DNA of 64,000 bases from Tubiluchus corallicola (lineage: Eukaryota; Animalia; Priapulida). The notes beneath the pieces are model-generated. The model saw only the letters and a program-made list of their open reading frames with translations, was not told the origin of the DNA and did not search any database. This document shows positions 1-11,801 of the stretch, piece after piece (position 1 is the first letter of the stretch; every line of letters begins with the position of its first letter). The stretch covers positions 682,001 to 746,000 of the forward strand of contig JAQGDQ010000024.1 in the NCBI GenBank assembly GCA_030141605.1, written 5' to 3'. The position numbers and the translations under genes were made by a program.

Positions 1-664
1 AACTTGTGCACTTATAACAATTGTAAATTATTTATTTCTATTATTCTGATTGACATATAATTTTTTATCATTGGCAGCAACTTTCTTAGATTACTACAGT
101 ATCTGGCCCGCTATCGGCCATGTTATTTCAGAATTGGTCCTATGATGTCCGCGCTCCACTTATCTTCGCTCCATAAAAAAGAGTCCTATGATACATGTTT
201 TATTGTTTAAATTCCGTCTTAAAAAACTATTACTCACAAACAGCAAGCATATTAACCCTACGGAAGCATGCAAGACCACAATGTTTTTGTTTTTGAAGAT
301 GAATAAGTTGCGGACGCAGCATGACAATCCACAGCCTCAGCAATTGATCCGTTCCACTATTTATCCATCATTCTCACCTTCGTTCTGTGGGTTTACCTAT
401 GTACCTGACTGCTTATCCGTTTGTTTATTATTTATTTGTAATTCTTTTATATGTTTTCTACTTTGCCTACCTGCACGCCTGCCTACCTACCATTTACATG
501 CCCGCTTGTCTATTTTTCCATTTTTTGTCTATCCACAGCTTTCTAATGTGTGTTTGTTTCGCAACCAGCCTGCCAAATGCGTCCTACCAATCTGTTCTTC
601 TACTTACCCTGCCTATTAATGTCTACCAAGTACTACTTGTTAGACCGATACTTTACTCACAAGG

Positions 665-1010
665 ATATTTAGATACAGGATGTTTGGATAACATTTAGAC
701 CCGCACAAGTCTGGGAACGGGTAATTTTGTGCGCAAGATAGTTTAGACAGGATGGTTGGACATAGTGCGTTTGGACAAGGGAATGTCTGGACACAGGCAA
801 GTTTAGAAAGTGGGAAGTTAGGCATAGGTCGCTTGGAAATACAGAAACGTATGGACGTATGAAAGTTTCGACAAAAGACATTTGGACACAAGCAAGTTTA
901 GACAAATTCTATATTGACGCAAGGTATGGAGGTTAGACAATCAAACACGGACATTTTAAATGCGTTACGGATTTGACCAAGACCGGCATGATGTGCAGGT
1001 AGGACAGAAA
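665..1010. repeat. Degenerate ~15-16 bp tandem array (tttggacacagg-like units), probably a subterminal array of a non-autonomous DNA transposon
   Basis: Recurrent units such as atttagatacagg, gtttggataac, atttagacccgc, gtttagacagg, gtttggacaagg, gtctggacacaggc, atttggacacaagc at about 15-16 nt spacing. The ORFs here are only translations of the repeat. Confidence 0.6.
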
Positions 1011-1199
1011 ATGTTGACCAGTGTCTGGCTCACTCTGACGTCACGCAAATGTGACACGTTTTTGCTATACATGTTTTCCTTCATTGACCCTTTTAGTGAA
1101 TTAAAGCAAAGCTACGTTCATATTTCCATTCATTTACTATTTTAAAGCGTCATAGGTCTCAAGACTATGTAATGCACAAATATGCACAATTCAATATAC

Positions 1200-1366
1200 C
1201 CATGTGTCCGCTGCCAAACTTTCCATTACCCAAAGTCCGCTGTTCAAATGTTCTATTACAAAAATGTCCACTGCCCAAGTCTCCACTGCGAAAAAGTCCT
1301 GTTGTCCAATGTCCACTACTGGCAAGCGCACTGCCCAAATGACTACCGCCGAGTGACCTAGAACCA
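1200..1366. repeat. 15-bp tandem array (tgtccactgcccaaa-like) ending in tgacctagaacc, MITE-like terminus
   Basis: About 10 units with 15-nt period (tgtccgctgccaaac, tgtccactgcccaag, agcgcactgcccaaa); this produces the pentapeptide periodicity of ORF 1165-1458. Confidence 0.6.
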
Positions 1367-3327
1367 TCCTTATAATCCAGTTTATTGTACAATAATATTA
1401 CAAGTTGGAGAATAGGCAGAAACGTTTTTCTGTTGAAACAGCATAACTGGCTTTCCACAACATTTTCCCGTTTCTAGAATTTGATCCAGGAATAAATTTA
1501 AACCCCTTTCGAATTATCAATAGTAATATTGGGGATCCACATAATGGTAGGCCCGTGTGAAGCTATATATACTGAGCAGCTCGAACGGCACCAATTTTTC
1601 AACGCTGGGCAAGTTCGAGGCTGTAATCAAGTATTACTTTGAACAGTAACGGAATTGTATTTTGTAAGTGAATTTGCGTTTGTCCAAAGTCAAAATGAAG
1701 AACAAAATAAAAATGGCCACTGCTAACTATTAGGCTTATCCCTATAACTCTGTAAATACAGCTATCACTATCACTTGAAACCGATTTCACTTTACAAGCA
1801 TTCCCCACTGCTCTGTGGCTTAGAAATCTTGCTCCCTGTCTTGACTTTAGCACCTAAGAAGCCACTATAAAAACTTTATTTTTCTGGCTTCAGGAGCTTA
1901 ATCGTTGTTCTCATGTGTAACTCACATCGAATTGAGAATAGAAACTGAGTGCAGAATAGTACAGATTTATAATTAATACGATATTTTTATTAGAAATTTT
2001 TATAAACGACAAAATACACACCGTAACTTATAATAATTAATACAAGATGCAGCAAGGAATTAAGGTCATCAAATTTACCACTGTTGAATAAAATAAATAA
2101 AACGGGCATTTAGGACTGCAACCTCGTATCAGGTACCGTTTTTAACCAACCACTGGCGCATGTGCCCAATGGCTGCGAAGTTTTGAATATTAATACAGTA
2201 TATGCATTGCCTATAGCAAAGCTTTGTAGTTTCTGAGCGCGTCTATAACCATATGGCTTATGGAATGGTGTTAATCAAATGGTGCAATACCACTCTTTCC
2301 TTTTTGAGATACAGTATGGGCCATTTATTTCTGATCAATTTGTGACTTCTGATCGAGGACTGATTATTTCAAAAAATGAATGTCAAAACTTGTTCTTAGT
2401 AAATAAAATCCTAAGAGAGGTTGCAGCACCAAAAGCACCGCCAAACATAACATCGCATAAGTAAGCGCGTATTAGCGTGTTTAACAACAAACTTTTATTA
2501 AGCAAAACAACAAAATGAGTAACTTAATATAGGCCTTCAGTATACTTTACTCTTTACAGGATTTTTACTATACATGAAACCGTCAAATGAATTATAGTCC
2601 ATAAACATCTATTTCCAAATTGTGTATGTGAACAATGTGATACAAAAATCAACCAAGAAAAAAGAAAACTTCCTACAAGTTGAAATTGCGATATTCAAAA
2701 TTCAAATATGCATGCAGTATTACCATTTCGATAAGCAAAGCAACAAACTCCACAAGTAAAAAATACACAATAAACTGTCACGTTTCTGTTGAGCTAATCA
2801 ATATTAAGCTAAATCATATGGAACATTGTCATCGTATGCAGCTCAGTCACTTAATATCATCAACAACAGATATCTCCCAAAAATAAACACAATTTGGAAT
2901 AAAATTTGTAATAATTACATTTGTTCATATACAATGCTAGCAAATTCTGATAAACAGAATCATAAGAAATATATAGATCACCATGAAGCCTCAAGTCTTT
3001 ATTACACATGTGCAGTATTAGTATTGAATATTATCAATAGAACAAGTAGGCTTTATAGGAAACTTTACAGAGTATAACATTAAAACAGTAATAAATGCCT
3101 ACAATTTTTTGCATTCGAAATTCAATGCACAAATTTATAAACATGTACAGCATAGCCTGAATCAAAACACGCAAAAAATTACATGCAGAAAACAACACGT
3201 CTTGGTAAGACAGGCTTGTGATAGTCTGATACTAAGGTTTAACTACCCTTGTAAATATCCAGAGAGGTATAGATAGGTGTTAAGTTAGTCTGACACCTGT
3301 ACTGTACATTACCATTTTTAGCCCATT

Positions 3328-6300
3328 TTAATCTTGATCCATATTGTCTAATCTAGTAACATCAATGCTGTCTAAACTGAATGGATTTCCCACTAGATGT
3401 CGCATTTCGTGCTTCAGCATTTCATCTGTATTACTAAATACCAATTCACAATACTGACATGCCAGTCCCGATGCAGCACTCTTCTCAGAGGCTCCTAGAT
3501 TTTCTCGAATCTTAGCTGGACTTGGACAAACAACATCCAAAACGGCATTATTTGCACCTATGGTGACAGTGTCCGCATCATCTGGAAGATCCATGTACCC
3601 ATCTATTCTTGCAAAGCGATTAGGCCTAAAGTGAAGAGCAATGTGTTCGGTGAGGTATTTGTGTAAAGTTGTATTATAATTACAGTACGGACATTGAAGT
3701 TCATTGATGCAGCTGTGTCGTCTTTCATGCGACTGCACGGCATCTTTGCGGTAGTTTGCGTATGGACACTGGTAGCATTTAAACAACTTACTCTCATCAA
3801 CTTGCGGGGCTGGAGCACCACCAATAGCTCGACTTTCTTGCATTGTCTGAGCACGAGCAACAAAATCAGCTATTTGTAGCTGTGATAGAGGAATAGGAGG
3901 AGATGATGCCTCTGGTAGTCCAGTATTGTGAGCAACTTCAACTTCAGGAGCAGATCCACCAGCGGTCACTTGCATTTGAACAGGCATTTCACCTGTATGC
4001 CATCTCTCATGTTTTGTCACATGACACAGTTGACTAGAACCATAGTCACAATAAGAACAGCTGTATTTCTGGCTACTACCATGCAAGGTCAAATGCTTTT
4101 CTAGTGCTGTAGGTTTGCAAAAAGTTGCTGGACAGAGATTACATGGGTGTCTCTTTGGTGCACGTGTGGGAGGTGGAATGCTTGCAGGAGTATGTTGTAG
4201 TTTGTTTATTTCTTCTGATGATGGCGTTAAGTAAGTGGACTGTAGCTCTAGAAAGCTAGGACCAGGAGAACCACTAACCAAAAATGCTGGCTTTTCCATC
4301 TGAAGTGGAGCATCCCAGTCAGCAGCAGTCTCGTCACTCAGTAAAGTTATTTCTCCACCATACATGTGATCTTTTACTTCATGCTGCTCCATGTTCTTCT
4401 GGCCTCTACAAGTATAACTACAGTACTGACACTGAATATATCCCTCTGCTAATACAGAGGATCTGCAATGCAGTCGTTCATGCACACGGATATGACCTGG
4501 TCTCATTGCCTTATGTGGACAAAATTGACAACACCATACCTTACGAACAATGCCATCCCGTCGTCCGTATGCCCATTTCACACCATCTGTCCAGCCTGTG
4601 GAATTTCTTAACAATGACAGTGACCTTGCTTGTTCTTCAGTTCGCTGCGGATTTGGAATCACCAAGTCCACGTCTGGAGTCGCTGAGGTTGGCACTCTAA
4701 GTGGGGCTTTGCTATCTGTATTTGGGACTGCATTACCTGCTGAAAGATAATTATTTGGCGTTGAAAAGATATCAGTTTTAATGATTTCTGGTGCAGATTC
4801 TGTAGATGTAGTCACTTTATCTCGGGTTTCATTGTGCACCCGACTATGCTGGAGCAGTAAGTGTGATCTTGTGGCCCAATAAGAACAATGGGAACACCTG
4901 AGCAATCTTAATGCATTTCTAGGCGGTGGTCTGTGAAACTGCTTGTGGTGCAGCATATGTGCACGGGTGTGTGATGTATAAGGGCAGTGCTCACACTGAT
5001 GTATAGTACGGCCTGAACCTTTTGCTTTGGAAGGATAAGAGGGAAATGCAGAAGCTGTGGTAGTTACCTGTGAATCACCAGGTTTGGCAGGAGAAACACC
5101 ATCCAATGCTTTTGCAGATATAATAGTAACAGTGCCACTGGGCAAAAGAGCATCCACGGGTGCACCGTGAGTCAATGGTTCCTTGGGCTTCCGTATATAA
5201 TATTGTGTCTCAGAACTTTGCTGTGTTGCTTGCAAAAACTTCACCTGTTGTACATATTTCTCCTCATGAACTCTGGAATGTTGATCTAATTGGTACTGAT
5301 GCCTTGCATAATAAGTGCAATGTGCACACTGTAATTTCCAACCTGGCACCGGTTTATGCAATTTTATGTGACTGTGAATATCTCTATTTGTATAGGCAAC
5401 ATACGGACATTCATCGCAGAAGTAGTAGCTTCTTTTATATGAGCGATTATCTCCCTGCAACAAAATTCGGGTCGGAGTACATTCTGGTTGTCCAGGTGTA
5501 GTAGCAAATTCTTGCTTAATATTTGGTGGAACATATTCCTCTTGTGTTTCAAACTTTTCTTTCCCAGCTTGTTCAGCAGCTTGAACAGTATCTTCTAGCT
5601 GATTTTCAATTAAATGCTCATATTGCCCGTTATGTTTAATCCTCAGGTGGCGCACCAGCAAATTTTTGAAAGCAGAAGAATACCCACACAGACCGCACAT
5701 GTAAGGATGCTTAGAAGGATGTGAGGAAACCAAATGTTGCAGAACGACATCTTTGTCTTTGTCTTTGAAGTCACACCGCTTGCATTTCCACAAAGATCTG
5801 GGCTTTAATGTCTTATCACTCAGCTCGCTTGAATTAGGAAATAATAAAGTAGATGATTTGGGTGTAAACGGTTCTGGTTGCTTAGGAGGGGCAAGCAGTA
5901 AGGGGAGTTGTTGCACCACTTTGTTCTCAGAAAAATACTCTTGCCCAGGAAATGGAACAATAATGCCATTTTCCTTACAATTTGCTGACATGTGAGTCAT
6001 TCTATTCCTCTGCTTCAGGCGAATGTGTTTTATAACATCATGTTTCCATCTGGAACGGTACAAACAATCCGAGCATGAAAACTTTCTTTCTTCATCTTTT
6101 ACATCCACAGTGTCGTCGACAAAATTTTCTTTGCTGTTTTTTGGCACAGTACTGGAGGATGCATAATTCACAGGACTAGAACCTGCCTTAACAGCAGCTG
6201 CAGGTACACTGTCATTGAAAGAATGCATAGACAGATCAAGAGGTTGATCATCGTCTTGAATAACACTGTGAGTAGTTGATGGTCTCGATTTTGGTAGATT

Positions 6301-8676
6301 AGCTGGACTTGACTTAGGAGCAGGACCAGTAATTACAGAATATACTGAAGTTGTTGCAGCTGAGGGAACACTTTTCCTAGCTGTATTTTTCTTCTTTTTT
6401 GGTTGTTCTGGAGAAATTGTGTCAAAAATAATGGGTTCAGGAAAGTCTTCTACAACAGGCAGAACTATTATTTGCATATTTGCATGATCATCTTTTTTAT
6501 TTGGCAATCGGCTATGCTTCCAGATATCACACCGCCAGTGAGACCTATAATCACAAACGGAACACTGAAACCGTTTCTCTTTGCAGTGAGAAAACATGTG
6601 ACTTTTTACCTTAGCTACTGAATCTGACACATACTTGCATAAAGGACATTTTGCCACAATTTTTCCCAAGTTAGACTGACTACTGTTGTTTTCAACATTT
6701 TGTTCTACAATTATTGGTTCATCATTATCAATGAGGGATACAGATTTTGAAATGTCTGCTTTAGGAACTGCTATTGGTTTAGTGAGTGTTTCTTTAAGGA
6801 TGGACTCAGGAGGTGACGATTTGGATTTTGGAGTAGGCCACTTGACTTTGAGTAAATTTCCTAAGCTTGAATGGCTTGGTGCTTGCTGTTTTGGTTTTGA
6901 TGTACCTCTTGTTGCCATAGTGTTCATTTTTCCATGAAATTTAGCCATATGTCGAGTTAAATCTCCATTCCATCTCGTTTTATAACCGCAATCTTCACAC
7001 CTGTAGGGTTTCTCACCTGTATGCACTCTTATATGTTTAATCAATTCTGATTCCCAGGTAGCCATATAGCCACAAGCAGTACAGCGGTACTTTCCTTCAA
7101 CTCTCTCCATGTATTCATCGGCAGATTTCTTGGATGATTCTGACATCTTCGAAGGAGAATCGCGGTCACCTTCAATATCATTCTCGCCATCATTAACATT
7201 ACAGGGTATGGATGATGCCAAAACATTAGTATCAGTCTGGTCTTCAATTGTTATTTCCAGTTCATCAGCTTCTTCCATAGCTAATGAATCTGCAAAACTA
7301 GAAACATCAGTACCATTCATACTTGCAAGGTCAAATTCTTGAAGCTTACCATTTCTTGTTGCAAGTGGCATCTCTTCTTCTTTTATTTGTTCTCGCTGGC
7401 GTGCTTTCCATATTTTCTTGTGCTTCTTTTTCTGATGTCTTCTCAGGTCAGGTTCATATTTGTATGTTGCTGTGCACAAGTCACAATGAAATCTCTCAGT
7501 ATTTCCATGGGCAGCTAAGTGTCGATTTATTGATCCAGCAAAATATGTAACAAAATTACAAGTTGAACATATATACTTTTTTTTCTCATGTTGCTGACCA
7601 GTCAATACAGGAATTGGCCTCGAGACAATAACAGTTTCCAGTGCAGATTCAATAGGCTCAGCAGCTGATCTTGAATTCTCACTGCTAGTCGGTTTCACTT
7701 GATTCAAATTTTCCTCTATAGTCTCTTCTAAACCACCTGCACTAACTTCCTCATTCATTTCAAAATGTTCTTCAACATCTTCATCCACCGCTTCCATTTC
7801 TATTTCACCTGATCCAGACTCAGAAACGTGGTGCCTCATGGCATGCACCTTAATGCTTTTCTCTGCATCTGTTGAAAAACTACACGTGGTGCATCGATAT
7901 TTACCGCTGCTATTATGTCGTTTCATGTGCCTATCGATGTTCCACTTATAGTTAGTTTTAAAATCACATATTGCACATGACACTGGGCTACTCGCATGAA
8001 CAACTCTGCGATGTTTGTGCATGGCTTTTTTCTGTCGTGACGTATAGTTACATTCTGGGCAACGATATAGTTTTGTTACCAGACTTCCTCTTAAATGTGG
8101 AATTTCTGATGCTAGGACACTAGCTGCTTGTTTTTTAGCAGAATTGCTCTTCTCTTCATTATCACCAACAGTATCACTCTCATCAACACTTTGTTCCATA
8201 GGTTCTGGTACCTTGCTGACAGGTTTTGTGTTTGCACTTCCTCGCATCTCTTCGATTGTTTTGATGTTTGCAAAGAAAGATACATTTTTTTGGTGTATCA
8301 GTATCCGATGCCGCTCAAGTTTGGAGTTATGAATTGATGCATAATTGCAGTGCTCACAAGCAAAAATTGGAAAGTTTTCGCCGTGAACTTGTTGCAAATG
8401 TGCTAGATTTTCCTTGGCATTTGTTGTGCTAAAACCGCACTTTTTGCATGTATACATGCGTGAATAAGGCTTAAGATGCTTTTGTCCATGGTTCATCATT
8501 TCATCTTCATTAGGAGTGAAGTAAGAACACACTTTGCAACTGTACACTAGGCCCGTGTCAACAACGGGGAAGTCTTCAATTTGTTCATGACACACTTCCA
8601 TTTGCTCTTCTTCTTCTTCATCTTCTATCTGCTCTTGTTTGATAAAGGTGTCCATAGTAGTGCCAGAACTCTCCAT
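3328..8676 (-). CDS. Large C2H2 zinc-finger protein (1782 aa, ~26 widely interspaced fingers), probable transcriptional repressor (REST/WIZ/CG9932-like architecture)
   Basis: Uninterrupted 5.35-kb ORF with about 26 CxxC-x12-H-x3-5-H motifs, mostly in pairs or triplets. One canonical HTGEKPY linker, a PLDLS motif and IKQE SUMO-type motifs. Splice acceptor (tttctttag, intron end 8683) lies 6 nt upstream of the ATG. Confidence 0.95.
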   Translation of the reverse strand: MESSGTTMDTFIKQEQIEDEEEEEQMEVCHEQIEDFPVVDTGLVYSCKVCSYFTPNEDEMMNHGQKHLKPYSRMYTCKKCGFSTTNAKENLAHLQQVHGENFPIFACEHCNYASIHNSKLERHRILIHQKNVSFFANIKTIEEMRGSANTKPVSKVPEPMEQSVDESDTVGDNEEKSNSAKKQAASVLASEIPHLRGSLVTKLYRCPECNYTSRQKKAMHKHRRVVHASSPVSCAICDFKTNYKWNIDRHMKRHNSSGKYRCTTCSFSTDAEKSIKVHAMRHHVSESGSGEIEMEAVDEDVEEHFEMNEEVSAGGLEETIEENLNQVKPTSSENSRSAAEPIESALETVIVSRPIPVLTGQQHEKKKYICSTCNFVTYFAGSINRHLAAHGNTERFHCDLCTATYKYEPDLRRHQKKKHKKIWKARQREQIKEEEMPLATRNGKLQEFDLASMNGTDVSSFADSLAMEEADELEITIEDQTDTNVLASSIPCNVNDGENDIEGDRDSPSKMSESSKKSADEYMERVEGKYRCTACGYMATWESELIKHIRVHTGEKPYRCEDCGYKTRWNGDLTRHMAKFHGKMNTMATRGTSKPKQQAPSHSSLGNLLKVKWPTPKSKSSPPESILKETLTKPIAVPKADISKSVSLIDNDEPIIVEQNVENNSSQSNLGKIVAKCPLCKYVSDSVAKVKSHMFSHCKEKRFQCSVCDYRSHWRCDIWKHSRLPNKKDDHANMQIIVLPVVEDFPEPIIFDTISPEQPKKKKNTARKSVPSAATTSVYSVITGPAPKSSPANLPKSRPSTTHSVIQDDDQPLDLSMHSFNDSVPAAAVKAGSSPVNYASSSTVPKNSKENFVDDTVDVKDEERKFSCSDCLYRSRWKHDVIKHIRLKQRNRMTHMSANCKENGIIVPFPGQEYFSENKVVQQLPLLLAPPKQPEPFTPKSSTLLFPNSSELSDKTLKPRSLWKCKRCDFKDKDKDVVLQHLVSSHPSKHPYMCGLCGYSSAFKNLLVRHLRIKHNGQYEHLIENQLEDTVQAAEQAGKEKFETQEEYVPPNIKQEFATTPGQPECTPTRILLQGDNRSYKRSYYFCDECPYVAYTNRDIHSHIKLHKPVPGWKLQCAHCTYYARHQYQLDQHSRVHEEKYVQQVKFLQATQQSSETQYYIRKPKEPLTHGAPVDALLPSGTVTIISAKALDGVSPAKPGDSQVTTTASAFPSYPSKAKGSGRTIHQCEHCPYTSHTRAHMLHHKQFHRPPPRNALRLLRCSHCSYWATRSHLLLQHSRVHNETRDKVTTSTESAPEIIKTDIFSTPNNYLSAGNAVPNTDSKAPLRVPTSATPDVDLVIPNPQRTEEQARSLSLLRNSTGWTDGVKWAYGRRDGIVRKVWCCQFCPHKAMRPGHIRVHERLHCRSSVLAEGYIQCQYCSYTCRGQKNMEQHEVKDHMYGGEITLLSDETAADWDAPLQMEKPAFLVSGSPGPSFLELQSTYLTPSSEEINKLQHTPASIPPPTRAPKRHPCNLCPATFCKPTALEKHLTLHGSSQKYSCSYCDYGSSQLCHVTKHERWHTGEMPVQMQVTAGGSAPEVEVAHNTGLPEASSPPIPLSQLQIADFVARAQTMQESRAIGGAPAPQVDESKLFKCYQCPYANYRKDAVQSHERRHSCINELQCPYCNYNTTLHKYLTEHIALHFRPNRFARIDGYMDLPDDADTVTIGANNAVLDVVCPSPAKIRENLGASEKSAASGLACQYCELVFSNTDEMLKHEMRHLVGNPFSLDSIDVTRLDNMDQD

Positions 8677-9489
8677 GTTTACCTAAAGAAAAAGAAACAA
8701 AAGTTCTGTAGGTTTTTACACAGTTTAGCACACTGTAAGCCAATACCTAGTATTCAATGGCAGGTATATTTATTACATTGATGAATGTGGCACGAGGCAC
8801 AACCTCATTATCAGGGATAATCCTCTAACATGAGATGCTGAACTGGCAGAGGTATTTCAGCCATGATTAAATGCATCTACGTCTCCCTTAGGGAGAGAAA
8901 TAGTCAGAGATAATCTTGCCAATAAAAACGGTCAGATACACTTCTTCTGGCAGACAACCATCTATTTACTAACTTGACCTAGCATTATTTAATTAATTTT
9001 GGTAAATAAGCACACGTACACAGTGACTACAACAAAAGAATTGATTTGACATTAGAACAGAAAAAATACAATTGCACAACATTAAAGAAACAACAAAGTA
9101 AAATGCCAAGAAAAGCTTATGCTAAAGTACGCATACACGCAGCATGCATTCTGAAACGGTCGTTACTTCTTACGTCTAAACTAAAGTTACAGTTGAAAGT
9201 GTATGCCCTAGCAACTACCTCCAACATACACGTAATTTTTTATTTAGGAGTACATAAAGGATATACAGACAGTACCAAGTTCGAGTACCAAGTACCTCTA
9301 CACAGCAGTCGAATGACACTGAACAAATTATACAACAAAAATACTGGTAATTACTTAATTTGCAGCGGATAGCTATGTTCATAATAATATAAATTCCAAT
9401 ATCCTGCTAAGAATATTAGATCGACTGGAAAATTCCCGGTGTTTCTACATCGTTAATTAGAATTTCTGTGAGGTGCAGGACGTGCTTAC

Positions 9490-9780
9490 CAAGACACTTT
9501 CGATCAACTAGCGGCCGTAGCGGGCATACAAGTCGTAAGTTTTAACTTTAGGAACTTTCCGTAACCAATATCAAATCGCAGACCTAGAGCGTTCCGTAAC
9601 TCAGTGACACGCGGTGGCTTAAAGAGTCAAAACATTTAGCATGAACCTACTTCTGAGAAATCTCGTCAATTAAATGAGCATTCCTCCGTAAAATGCATTT
9701 CGAAGCTTCACCTTAAAATCAACGCTTTAGAAAGCCCAGACATGAATACCAGCCGAAAATTAAAGACGTGCCAGATTTTC
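9490..9780 (-). promoter_or_regulatory. Probable non-coding 5' exon / promoter region of the 1782-aa zinc-finger gene
   Basis: Minus-strand donor TTG|GTAAGC at 9490/9489 in a locally CpG-richer stretch; it would splice to the acceptor at 8683 (807-nt intron). The upstream boundary is uncertain. Confidence 0.45.
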
Positions 9781-10904
9781 GTTAGTTTATTAGTTTAGAA
9801 CTGAACTCAAATGTTACAAAAACCCATTCAAAGGTACGCCACAGTTAACCAAATAGTTTTTCCCAATAGATTTAACCGAAAAGTATTATTACGTATATTA
9901 ATTAATTAGTACAAGATATACAATATTCATAAATTTTATATCAAGTACGCCTTCACGCCTCATCTTTATGAGACCTGATAAGTATGAAGAAGTAACAGCA
10001 TCAGCGTTCATGTCATCTTCTCATTATAAAACTGAACACTTGTGGTAACAGATGTACGTGTCTACTTTTAACTGATGATCGAGCAGCAATGTGACGCCAG
10101 GGTTTTATAAAAGCTTGCGTCAAGGATTATGGTAAGCCTGTAAGTTGAAGTAACATTGAAAAAGAATGCAAACCCAGAATGACAAGAGTGTACACAAGGC
10201 CTGTGAGTCATCTAGAGCTGATAAGGCCTAGGTACTTTATACCGAAAAACTATTTATTACTCACATTAGAAGGGATGAATGCACCACAAGCTGAAGACTA
10301 GTTCAAGACGAGAAGTGGAATCTTTTCTATGCATGTATAATTATTGTGGTATTTTTTTTCCATTTGAGGCAGGTTCGGGGCGAAAAGTGCTATTTCAAAT
10401 TATTCTAATGACCTCTGAATCAGCCCTATGTTGTAATTCACGTCAACTCTGTTTCAATAAACTGTGAGTCTTTTTAGTAGTACATAAATAATACATTGGC
10501 TACAGCAGAAAATCGACAAACAAGGCATCTATATAAGCACAAGTTGACAGCTCTGCTAATAAGTGCTACAAAGTGACATCTAAGGCTTAAATTTAATAGA
10601 AATGGCTAGAATTGTTGTCGTAAGCATAACTAAATATAAAATTTAATTGTAACGTCGACATTCAAGCAGTGAAAAAACAAATATTCCAAATAAGTGTAAA
10701 TGACATATTATTTCTGTTACCGGTCTCCCAGTAAGATCCCTGAACAAGGAAAGGGATTGGCAGGCAGGAATTTGCAGAAGTCCTTACAAAGACAATTGAA
10801 TATCCAGACTTCGAAGTTCGGAGCTTCGGAAACGCCACCCATACTTTGAAACCGAATGAAAATGAACATTATGGACATTATACGTATAGAATAATCCTAA
10901 AATA

Positions 10905-11731
10905 AAACAAGACAAAATTTAGCTCAGATCCAAAACCGCGAGCGCAACTCCGTAATCGTGCTTACATCTGACTATACCTGGTTGAGTGTCGTTGTAGAAT
11001 ATTATCCCACTATACCTAAATACTTATAGAAACAATTGAATTTAATTTGAAGGCCTAGCAGAAGATGACTGACAGACAACCAATTGACTGGCATTATGTG
11101 TCCTTGATTCTTTGACCGAGCGGACTGTTAACCGTACCATTTTAAACCTACATTGCAAATTTCGTGGCCATAACCTGCGTTTGCAAATTAACATGAATTA
11201 AAGGACAGTGCCCTAATTTTCACATTTTGGCTCCTATCTCGGACCCCTAAAACAGTTCCGAATTTTCTAACCACACAGTTGTCGTTGCCCCTACTCCACG
11301 TACCTACCCTGCAAGTTTCATGACTCTAGTTACTATAATTTTCGAGTTAATCAGTGTTCCGCATTTTGGCTCTTATCTCGGGTTCTTAAAGAATCCCAGT
11401 TTTCTAAAAGTTCAGGTACACATCTACCACACGTTACTTAAATATGCAAAAAATTGAATTTAGCTTAAAGAGTTAGGTGGAACGTAATGGTAATCGAAAA
11501 ACTGTCCAGCCACCTTAACCCCTTGACCGATCTCACCGTCACCAGACGAATTTCAAGGATTCTACCTCAGGTATCTACCCTGAAAGTAAAGTAACTGTAG
11601 TCCTCTGCGCTTGCGAGTTAAAATGAAAATTTTTAAAAGTAGAAAACTTAACGCCAACCATAATGGAATGATGAAAAAATTCACCGTATGGGTTGTCCTA
11701 GATCCGCGACGCTAAGTGCCCGCGGATAAAA
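10905..11731 (+). mobile_element. Helentron-associated (HINE/pearl-like) non-autonomous element with internal ~140-bp tandem repeats
   Basis: Internal repeats (cattttggctcctatctcgg near 11223 and 11362; ctaccctgcaagtttc/ctaccctgaaagt near 11305 and 11576). 3' hairpin atccgcg(12)cgcggat at 11702-11727 followed by an A-run; aacaag-type 5' end. Confidence 0.55.
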
Positions 11732-11801
11732 ATCATTTCACAAAAGAGTTAATTAAAATTAATTCAATGTTACTGTCGCCGAATATCAACTCAGAAGAAA
11801 T

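Noticed and set aside
188-698. ORFs of 143 and 103 aa
   Set aside because: They translate degenerate CCTA/CCTG low-complexity sequence; no domain or splice support.
665-1366. Regularly spaced short repeats as a possible CRISPR-like array
   Set aside because: The units are degenerate, abut each other without unique 25-45-nt spacers, and the context is eukaryotic with no cas genes.
3603-8781. Many short ORFs overlapping the 1782-aa gene
   Set aside because: Antisense or off-frame shadows of a long coding exon.
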